A DNA stretch of 59,164 nt, counting the filler, from Sphacelaria rigidula (lineage: Eukaryota): the NCBI GenBank assembly GCA_964200075.2. It is 4 parts of 4 records of this genome, joined end to end, with 100 filler letters (N's around TTAATTAATTAA, not from the genome) between each part and the next. Parts side by side here need not be neighbours in the genome. Positions count along the whole stretch, not along the records: positions 1 to 14,719 come from CAXNAA020002076.1; positions 14,820 to 29,537 come from CAXNAA020002077.1; 2 more parts are not named here. One strand, written 5' to 3'. The translations under genes and the position numbers were made by a program. This document shows positions 14,101-23,523 of the stretch, in pieces. The first letter of the stretch is position 1, and every line of letters starts with the position of its first letter. The notes beneath the pieces were generated by a model. The model had not been told where the DNA came from, did no database searches, and worked only from the letters and a program-made list of their open reading frames with translations.

Positions 14101-14239
14101 GCGGTCTTGAGTAGGTCATCTTGCACGAGTTGGACTTTCGGTCCAGGGAAGCGAGGCGAGACCTGTGGCCCACGAATAATATTACACCAAATGCCAGCAG
14201 GACCCGCAAAGCAGCTCCAACCGAAAGAGAAGATGGGTC
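2129..14239 (-). CDS. PGAP1: PGAP1/BST1-like GPI inositol-deacylase, multi-exon; 5' end and some middle exons unresolved
   Basis: Manually spliced GT-AG exons in phase: 14239-13913 (TM segment, CKMTYSRPQY, PVLFVPGHQGSYQQ), 12733-12608 (VRSLGS..LDLFTLDFLEEWTAVHG), 11845-11715 (VMIVGHSYGGIIA, lipase GxSxG), 10129-10022 (VVTLGTPH), 9680-9108 (VVSVASGPRDLMV..DHAALVWCKQLV), 8799-8701. Then hydrophobic multi-TM exons ~5002-4837, 4406-4005, 3722-3476 and 3090-2129 (stop). The motif order matches the PGAP1 alpha/beta hydrolase plus C-terminal TM region. Exons between ~5.0 and 8.7 kb could not be fixed. Confidence 0.9.
11072..11148 (+). mobile_element. SINE family 1 3' tail fragment with (AATC/ACTC)n tail
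   Basis: GACCACGGCTGGACCTCTGGGGGGTCAGTGAAAGTGC + microsatellite. Confidence 0.75.
11925..12125 (+). repeat. Dispersed repeat with telomere-like motif and GC hairpin
   Basis: Aligns in reverse with ~45058-45255. Contains AAACCCTAACCCCAACCC and an 11-bp stem 12047-12071. Confidence 0.65.
13448..13516 (+). mobile_element. SINE family 1 3' tail fragment with (AATC)n tail
   Basis: GACCACGGGTGGACCCCTGGGGGGTCAGTTAAAGTGCGAC + (CAAT)n, homologous to 53233-53290. Confidence 0.75.
13544..13890 (+). mobile_element. tRNA-derived SINE family 1, 5' half (in PGAP1 intron)
   Basis: GGCTCAGTTGATAACCTCCAAACCTTCTGACGGTTGGGTCGTAGGTTTGAATC and the following body align with 52514-52855. Confidence 0.8.
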
Positions 14240-14560
14240 CTGCAGTCGGCACGGTAAAGGACGATGGCACTTGAAGGAAACAGGCACAGAGATTAGAAGA
14301 AAGTATAGAACGTTCCTGGAGAAACCACGGTTACGGTAATGCGCGACTATACTACGGCTCTGTCAAAAGAACAAGCATTGAGGGAAACACCCGTGTAAGA
14401 TACGCGGCAAGAATGGTATAGAGCCTGCGTGCCGGCCGTAAAAAGGCATGGGTACAACAAACACGACAAACGCGCTTCCACCTGTGCTCAACACACGCGA
14501 TAGACTTGGCACTCTGGCAAATCTTGGGTGGCAGCGGTCAGCGGTCAGCGTCAGGGCCCA

Positions 14561-14718
14561 CTCTGGAAATGGCGATACCAGGAAATAAAGCAACTCATTG
14601 GAGGCTTTCATCCAAATGCAAGATTATCAGTAGGCTCCGGGCCGTACAATGTTCGCAGGATGCAGCTTACCCTTCATCCGACTCGCCGAGCACACCAAGG
14701 CGCTTCGCGCTTGGTGAT
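14561..14718. mobile_element. Right half of a palindromic non-autonomous element (ends ..GCGCTTCGCGCTTGGTGAT)
   Basis: 14601-14718 is the reverse complement of 58989-59105, and 14561-14594 matches 59131-59164 directly. Confidence 0.7.
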
Positions 14719-14719
14719 T

Positions 14720-14819
14720 NNNNNNNNNNNNNNNNNNNNNNNNNNNNNNNNNNNNNNNNNNNNTTAATTAATTAANNNNNNNNNNNNNNNNNNNNNNNNN
14801 NNNNNNNNNNNNNNNNNNN
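14720..14819. other. Artificial contig spacer (44 N + TTAATTAATTAA + 44 N)
   Basis: Exactly 100 bp, six-frame stop linker, identical at all three junctions. Confidence 0.98.
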
Positions 14820-16048
14820 ATTGGGCAGGTCGCTCGAAGACTTGTTTTATATTATTCCACTAACACAGGATCAACCCTTTTGGGACCGGAATAACACAGG
14901 GTTGACTGTGGATTGTTGTCGAGTGTGATGCCACTGCAAAGATCGTGTGGGGGGCCCTATCCCTGGCCCAGATAAGCCTCCCCAGGTTTCCAAGTGCAGG
15001 GTGGTCACAGCTTGGTTACATGGTATTACTTGCACTCAGTATAGCGTTCCCGAGTTGTCCGGTGGGTTTTTCAGGCCCCAATTCTATACTGAAACGTAGT
15101 AATTTACACTAACACAGGGTGACAGGGTGGACCGGAAAAAACGGGAAGGAGTGTACATGCTACGATGTGGTCATTTTCACGAGGCACTAAACCCAGATGG
15201 GCCGTGGAAAGACAAAAGGAGCTACCGTCATGAATTTTGCTTATCCCTCTGCCGATGACTGGCAGTGTGCAGTCAACATGTATGTATTAGGCGGGGATGA
15301 AGAAGCGGTATATAGGCAGTCGATCTCGGTGGCTGAGAACTGCCCAGAACGCGCAAGGGAGTATGCAACGGCAGCTGCTGCTTCAGTCGGGAAGGCGTAC
15401 TGCACTATGCTTGTACTGTACTATACTGTTTGTATGCGCGCCGCAACGCTGATATACCCTTCGAAGAGAATTTGCCGCATGCAACAAAGAGGGAAATGGC
15501 GGCCCACCCCGACCACAAAGGGCTGTGTGGCAAGGTGATGGGGGCAATAATATCATCCAAAGCCACAAGTGGCGGGCGGCCCGCCGGTCGCTGCATCCTG
15601 TTGGGAGCTCTCTACCGCGACCCATACCGCTTGCTACTCGTACGTCAGATGTACACTACCTAATGCGCACCCTGCACCTGGAAATAGATTGGATGGAACT
15701 TTCGGTCTTCGTCATAACCCTGCGGTAACATACGCGGGTTTTGAGCAACACACCACTGTCTGTTTCGTGCAGACGCCAGACACGTCATTCCTGACCAGCC
15801 TCATTGGTCGTTGTGGAGACCCGGTCCCAAAAGGGTTCAGGGCAATAATCAGTTTTCAGGTATCAGTAAAATGGTTTTGACTCATGAAGAAAAAAAAAAG
15901 TTTTCGTACCGACGTATTTTTTTTTAATTTTCTATTCATTGTCCATACCAAATTTTACGCTCCAACTCTGAATATTGGCCGGCGCATGGGCCTGCAAACT
16001 TCAAATCCGCCTCTAGGCTGGCTGAGCTCGTAGAAGGGATCTGAATGA

Positions 16049-16239
16049 GGGCGTGTCTTGGCACATTATTTTTCGATCGAAAATGTGCGAGGGAAACGAA
16101 AAACTCCAGTCTGATAGGGGTCGTGATTTCAACTATCGTAGTTTATTTTGAAGATGGTTGAAATCATGACCTACCAGATTGGAATATTTGTTTTCCACTG
16201 CACTTTTTCGATCGAAAAATGGTTTGCTAAGACACGCCC
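16049..16239. mobile_element. Tourist/PIF-Harbinger-like MITE, 191 bp, TGA target duplication
   Basis: GGGCGTGTCTT..AAGACACGCCC termini, largely self-complementary, TGA on both sides. The same terminus recurs at ~24400-24417. Confidence 0.8.
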
Positions 16240-19200
16240 TGACGATGCCGCATTTTTCATGATCAGGTGGTTTATTCCTTCGGTCGCCCACGTGTGTCCA
16301 TCTGTACAATATGTACCGCCAGCTTCATCTCAGAACAATCCGACGCGGGCGTGGTTTTTGAAGGGGACAGGGGTGCGGGTCGCCAGACCATCCGAGGAGC
16401 TTCCAAAGCTAACCATGGGTGTTTCCGTGTTTAAAGGAAACTTCCAGGAAGACGAAAAAACGTCAAATCGCGCTCAAAGCCGGGAAAGAGGGATCGTTTG
16501 AGGAATGAACACAGCGAAGCCATGAGGAACGTTCCGTCACAAATGGGCTAATACGTTATGCTGGTTGAATACAGTGATTGATGTTAGTTGGTGTACTTTT
16601 GGAGTAGTCTCTAACAACCGTGCCCCCCCAGTGTTATCAAGAGATGAGCAATTGCTGATCGATGATGAGTTTCAAGGTTGCCCACGTAGCCAACCAGTGG
16701 TTGGCAGACCCATTGCTTCCGCAAAGTGCACTTCACCTTGGGCATCGAAACGCAGCCGCTAATTGTTCTCTAAACCAGCTGGCTGCGCCGCGATCCAACA
16801 CATGTCTACTCTGGTAAGCAACCGACCCAGTCGCTCCCTTCATATTCGCAACCCCCCTCCGGATGTGTTGCTACCATTCGGACGGAGCGGTACCCGTGAT
16901 GAGTGGCGAAGGCTGTCGCCAACTTGAGATGGACTTTCCTGCAACCGGCGAGCTTGACCACCCTGTCGTACTGGATGCTGCTGCTGGTTTCCCCAAAACT
17001 GGATCAAACCTAGAGATGAGCGACGACCTTGTGCTGTCCGAACCGTCAAATTCTGCGCTGGTTCTGCTGCCCCGCCGATCTGTCTGAGTGGCAATGCCCC
17101 TGATACAACTAATCTTGTATTTGGTGTGTCTGAACCTCACGTAGCTTGTGCCCTACGTGCCTCTCCACCTTCCGTACGACGGCCGCTGTGCTGACATTAT
17201 TTGCTTCGTCGCGGGGGAGTGATGGACTTGCCTCGTGGCGGTGGACCCTAACCGTCAAATACAGACGCCCTGACTTCCAACCGGGTTTTCGCGCAGCATT
17301 ATTTTTGCAAACCAATGCACTTTTCATTCCTTTTATACGTGTTTTTTCGCCCAGGGCGATTTAGCTAGTAGTATACATCACCAAAAAGGGATACTGTGTA
17401 GGTATGAGACTAGGGAAGTTAAACAGGGTCATGATCCAGATCACAGTCTCTTGGGGGAGGAGATTGATGATTTCGTAGTAGAGTATGACTCGTGCTAGAA
17501 GAAGCTGGCATGCACATGTGTAAAAAAATGCGTCGAATTATCTCCCCCAATATTGTGCAGAAGAGAATCACCCTTTCCCTCAATAAATTAAATTTCGGCA
17601 CCTTCGCAACATCACCGCTGCGGCAACTCCTTGGGAAATTGATTGGAATATGCGCACATGCATAAACAAGGAAAAAACGAAAAGCGTTGACTTTGTTTTA
17701 GTGTAGACCTTCTACCAGTCGGAGTTTGACGGGGAATAATTATTGTAGGTGCCGAGTTCGAACGCTCGCTGTTTGCAGCTTCAAATTTCCTGTCAGCCTG
17801 CTATTCAAGTCCCTCCATCGGCGAAAACATTTCAGTACAAAGTTCTTGCTTAAGAGTGTTCTATTTCCGTCAACCCTTCTAAGCCTGGAGCTCACGAACG
17901 ACTAAATGGGCTTCATATGGCTGGGTGGTACTGGATAATGACGCATATAATCATGAATCAATTACGCACTTGAACAGTAGCGCGCAGTCAGGACAGATCA
18001 TGGAGTAAAAAATTTGAACGCCAGTCTGGAATGTCACATGATTTTGCCTGTGATTGACACTCTTGACTCAATTATTCTCGCCCCTGAAGGCCTGGAGTGT
18101 TCATAAGCGTGTTCGAACACCCTGTAACGCGGAATGGAATCAGTTACCCGAGCTTGCTGTTCCTAAAGTAACCAGCTAGCTTCGGTCGCTGGCCGCATGG
18201 TCGATCCGTCTCCTCCCAACGTGATTGGTTCAGCACCAGTGGAATAATAATTCATCAGCATAACGTGGGTTGACACTCGGCTACAACGTCTCCAGGCTTC
18301 AAAAGGTCAAGACACGGCCTTACTTGTGCTGTTGACCTACTTGCGCTATTAACCTCAATCTATCGAAAATTCACCCTGGTGGTTCAAAACTTACCTTGGA
18401 ACGAATTCCCAAGTCCCGATGGGAGATTGGGGCTCGGGTCGCTCAAGTAGAGAAGTGTCTGTCGTTTCAATGACGTAGGTAACCCCTTGATCGATGGGGT
18501 CTAAAAAGCTGATCTCAGCTCACAGTAAGAATCTCGCTCCACTTGATGAATCTCTGTGTTTCAGATCCATCTCGACTCACAGTTTGAATGTCACGCCACT
18601 AGATTCATCTCTGTGCAGGTCAGAAGATTTAGTGAGCTGCCGAATATCTGTTGAGCAGCTTTCAGCTATCATCTCCTGCGGCATGCGAAGATCGATGTTG
18701 CGCCGTCAGATGCCAGAAGGAACATTTGCCGTGGATCCTAAATTGAGGACGAGTTTATCATGGATCCCATATTAAATGCAGACTTGTGCAGTCTCCCACC
18801 TCGAGATCTGTAGTTCAACCTTCGAGTCAGCTCCTGAATCATGGAATAGTTGGTCGTATCCCTTGCTGTCCCACCTTGAGATTTTGAACGTTCAAGCACC
18901 TCAATCGCCAAATCACCCGTCATACCAACAGCCCTCCCCCACCAGCCCACACGAAACCGTGTGCTGTGCTTCGCTGTGCTTTCCTGTGCTTTACTGTTCG
19001 AATCATGGCCTGGACAGACCCTCCAAAGTCGTCCTTCCGAGCGACAGCAACACGCAACGCCTTCACAGGTTTCATAACCAACACCTGCCGCTCTTACAGC
19101 GTTTCGGGTCGCTCCAGTGTTGGAAATCTCGAGCGCGAACACCCTATTACCCCTTCGGGCAGAACGTCTTGATCGGGACGTGGCGATTTATGTTCAGTCG

Positions 19201-20207
19201 ATATTTTTCGTACTGTAACATTTTTACTTTGTTTACCAATGGCGGGAATCCTTCACGTCTTCACAGGGACACGTTTTCTTCCGTTGCGAGTATATTGTGT
19301 TGTTGATCAGTGGGGCATAACATTCTTGTATCCTGCTATTGGCGGGACGTTCATTAGTTCGTGTGTGTCGTATTGTCGATTGCTTGCTTTTCCCTCCGTC
19401 TTTGTCGTTGCTGAGACATAGTTCTACGTTCCTCTCGTTCATCATATAACTACAAATGAAAGCCTTAGTGTTCATCTTCACTACTTAGCCGAAACGGTTC
19501 GCTCGTCCCACACCACTCCCTACGAAAATGTCCGCCTTTCCGCCTGGTTAAAACTCATCACTTCATCTCTTCCTACCGCGACCTAGCAAACAACAAATTT
19601 GCAGCTTGGTAAATAGCAACGCCGACGAAACTCGTCGAAATCAATATGATTGAATCAGATTCAAGTGCTGCCATTTTTTCACCTGTGACGTCTCTGCGGC
19701 TGCACCCGGTAATGACGCGATACTAGTGCGTATTCAGTGTAGTGATGGGGTAGGGGGTGGCCACGATGTATGTTGTTGCGTTGCTTCGCTTCGTGTTTTT
19801 TTCTTTTGCGTGTTTCTTTTTCCAACGTGAATTACCTCGTACCCCTCCTACGGATCCCGTACGGTAGCAGTTCCTCGAGGGTGGGTTCACGCAATCGAGT
19901 TGAATCTTCCATGATTGACTCACTTCAGAACGTTTAAACCCTCCGTAACCGTAACCTGCCCGAGTCCCGTACTTGGTCCGAGAAGACTTTCTGGGGAGAG
20001 TCTAGAGAGCACCGCAGGCATCGAGTGTATTGCGTTGGCAGCGCTCACTTCGTCTAGGCGCCGGTTCGAGGGTTCAGGCCGTCAGCCCCGTAACTATGCG
20101 AAATCCACGACCTAGATAGAATCAAGTTATGATCGGATTAAGCTTCATCATCGTTCTACGTTACATGTATTAGTTGCACGCTTCGTTGAATCCTCCCGGC
20201 GTCACAG

Positions 20208-23200
20208 AAAGCGCAAGTCGTCGACGGTATGGATGCTGATGATCCGGCTGAACGTGAAAAGGAGGACTGGCACTCTTGTCTGCACTCGGTAGAAGGGGAG
20301 ACGGTCTACGATTTCGCTTGGTGAGTGCCGTAGCCTACGCTTGAGGAGCAACGCGTGCCTGTCAGCAAGGATAACAGGGTGTACACGTTTTTGTTCTTAT
20401 AATTCAGGCCAAAATAGGTAACCCTGGATACAGTAGTTGACTATGGATAAAATTGGCCAGTCCTGTCTACGACACTAGGCTCCTGAGATGGACCGCCTTA
20501 TGAGCCTGCAGCACTCGCCTCGGGCCGTTCTAGTGTACATGGGTGGGACGCAATATCATATTTTGTACGTAGGCGTGTGTCGCACTTTGAATTTGAAGTC
20601 CTCCCCTTCTTCGGGACTAGTTCGTGATGTTAAGGGATCAATCTATCTCTCCCCAGTACATTCATGCCTTGCATTTTTTGTCTCGCGGATTGGGTCAGCA
20701 CTCCCACACCCCGTCATCTCCCGTCAAGTAAACTCAACTATTTTTTTGTTTCCTCGCGTACTCACCCTTTCGACAATAGAAATCAGATACTTCGAGGAAA
20801 TTACCCAACGCATCGGGAATTGAGGCCACGTTCTCTTCCCCCTTACGGTGAAAGTCGAACTATCACCCCACCGAGGCGCGGCGACGGTATGCACTGTATC
20901 ATCAAGCGTACCCGTCTCTCATTTTTGTTTTGAAGTCATTCACTTCCAAATTCGATTTTGACGCCTCGAATATCGCCTACGCATGGCGTATAGCAAGTCT
21001 ACAGCGCCGCCAGCCCGTATCATCACCTTGTCGGTTTCATCAACCCTGTTGCTCTTGAATTTCATCAGTCCGTATCGGATGGATTGCATGTACACTATGT
21101 GGATTCATCTTGCTTTCAACTTCACTATTAATTTTATGACGTTTCGGGTGAAAAATACGAGGGTACCCGACACTGTTGCCATTATTCTAGTTATCCTCTG
21201 CTACTGGCCGACGTCCGAGCGCGCCCCGTTTTGAGTTCTTCTCGATAACAACGTACGTGGCACGATAGTTGGCATTCACCCAGGCGTCTGCTCTGGAGTA
21301 CATGGCCGCCTGGGCTACATTTGTCTCCTGGGAAATGTTGCTGCGAGCCCCTCGACTGATAGTTATAACCCGGGTTGTGCTGGTATGACTGAAGAAGCTG
21401 CCCACCATTGGACAACGGCCTGCTGAACCGGAACGGAAAATGCCGAACAATAAATCATCACCCATCATGTTTCCATTCTGCATCGGTATGGTGCGTGACA
21501 CAGGTACCCTCACATGTCGTCTGCCGAGCCTGCAACCTGCGTTTACGTGAGCACAAGTCGAGACCACCCGCTACACTTGTGGGATGCATTTACAGGCAGT
21601 CTACGAGCTACCTACAGGGCATATGATCACTTGGATGAAGTCGCTGCAGCAAATTCCGTTTGTTTCAATACCAGCGGCGGTAAAATATTTGCAGGTGATT
21701 TCACGAGTAGTTGAGGTGACATTCGATGGAGTGCAATCTCTTCGCCTCAATTCAATCATTCCACCTCCTGACGGCCAGATTGGGTTTCTGGAGCTTACAG
21801 TCATTATTCAGGTGAAAATAATGCATCTTCAACAGATGATGAACCCCGCCTGTTGAAAAGTTGAGGGAAATGCGCAAACGTTGATCATTCAGAGGCGAGA
21901 GATGGCTTGCAGTAGTTGTATTCACCGCACACAACGCTGATCACAATGCCGGAAAATGTCTTGCTCCCGAAACAGGCTACAACAGAATGATCAGGGTATT
22001 CGACGTCTCTGAGCCAGGACGGTCCTTCGAGGCACGACCCACTTGCAAAACTCGCAAAAGCCCTATCGGCCAACGAGGTATCATATCTGCTCTGGCCTTT
22101 TCCCCGGATCCTTCTGGGGGCGGGTTGTTTGCTGCTGGCTCATACGCGAGAACGATTTGTCTCTACAGCGCGAACAGGTGCGTGGCGATGAGTGAAAAGT
22201 ATTTTGACACATTCGGCTGAAGAATAGGACGAGAGTTGCCGGTCAAGATTTGGAAATGTATATCGTATGTGTAGGTGCAATGAAAGAGCCTGTCTAGTCA
22301 CTGACTAGCACCCCAAATTCTCCTCTCGACTCGTTATTTTTCAGTCGTGCGCGAGCAGTAGCGGAGTTTTCCACCTCAACAATGGGAGGAGTAACGCATC
22401 TCACATTTTCGCCAGACGGACGCTTGCTGTTCTCTGGCTCGCGAAAGGACCCGGATATAGTGTGCTGGGATGTGCGCCAAACGCGGCAGGTGAGATGTTC
22501 CGAGGTGAAGACAACACTTGAAGCAATGGCAGCGTCCTCCCGGCACGCGGATAACTGAAAACCACGGCCAGTTCTGCGCTCATCATTGCACGTCGCTTAT
22601 TGTGCGAGAATATTCATAATTTGCAGTCCGTCATCCTAGTTTCCATTACCGGGCATTGCTGGCGGTATGTTGTGAATCTAAGTATGACACCATGGCTGTG
22701 CTGCATCCACCATCTCCGTGGCTTCGATTGCGGTACAGTTTGCTTGCAGGAGCCGCCACAGAGAGATGCGGGGGCGCAGTATTGGCCTGTTCGGTCTGCT
22801 CGATTGCCATCTTATTGATTCTCCACCGGCGTTATCTATTTTTCCCTTGTTTTTCAGGCGCTTAATACCTTTCGACGGGACGCGGACACGAATCAACGCA
22901 TCACTTTCGACATTGATCCGAGTGGACGGTATTTGGCATCTGGCTCCGTATATCAAGAAGTCGTGCTGTACGATATTGAAAAGCAGGTCCTGGCTGGGAG
23001 GATCAGCCATCAGGCGGACGCTGTGAGCAGCGTGAGCTTTCATCCACATGCACCCTTGTTGGCGATCGGCACCGGGCAGCGCCATTTCGATTTCGATCTA
23101 GACGGCAGCGCCGGGTCAGACAGCGATGGCATACTAGACGATTGTGTTTCGGACAGCACTGGCGCACGTGCACATGATACGATCGATCATGACCGAAATG

Positions 23201-23259
23201 GGATTGCTATTTACAAGATTGGGGAAACAAACAACGCTTGTAGGCCATCAAAACAATGA
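20208..23259 (+). CDS. WRAP53: WD40 protein WRAP53/TCAB1 (telomerase Cajal body protein 1), 5 exons identified
   Basis: Exons 20208(or ATG 20229)-20320, 21504-21694, 21976-22177, 22345-22489 and 22858-23259 splice in frame. They give [101 protein letters not shown] and [14 protein letters not shown], all characteristic WRAP53 motifs. Confidence 0.92.
20640..20885 (-). mobile_element. SINE family 2 copy in WRAP53 intron
   Basis: Minus strand GCCGCGCCTCGGTGGGGTGATAGTTCG..GAAGTATCTGATTTC..GTCGAAAG aligns with 57541-57770. Confidence 0.65.
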
Positions 23260-23523
23260 CACACGGTCGCCGTCAAGTGTATACAGCCTACAACTTGAGC
23301 TTTCGCTTCAGCGGTGGATTCACATCTACGGGACACCAACTAACACGAAAATACCAAAAAAGTACGCACGGCACCAGTAAGTTGTGTGCACCTTTTGTCA
23401 GACAGTGTTTCTCCACGGGCCTAATTCTAATCAAATGACGAGAAGACATCTACTACGCAATGTACAGTCTCCAAGTACGTCCTCCAACCGCAACGCAGGA
23501 ATGGTTCCGTCAACGCTCCAAGC

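Noticed and set aside
14764..14775. TTAATTAATTAA palindrome recurring at regular ~14.8-kb spacing
   Set aside because: Artificial six-frame stop linker inside N spacers, not biological.
14820..15880. Exon-like ORF fragments at the start of contig 2 (and 620-1306 in contig 1)
   Set aside because: Frames inconsistent and no family recognised, so a gene call cannot be supported.
17246..17256. CCCTAACC as a telomerase RNA template near TCAB1
   Set aside because: Short motif that occurs several times in the window. No supporting promoter, terminator or structure identified.
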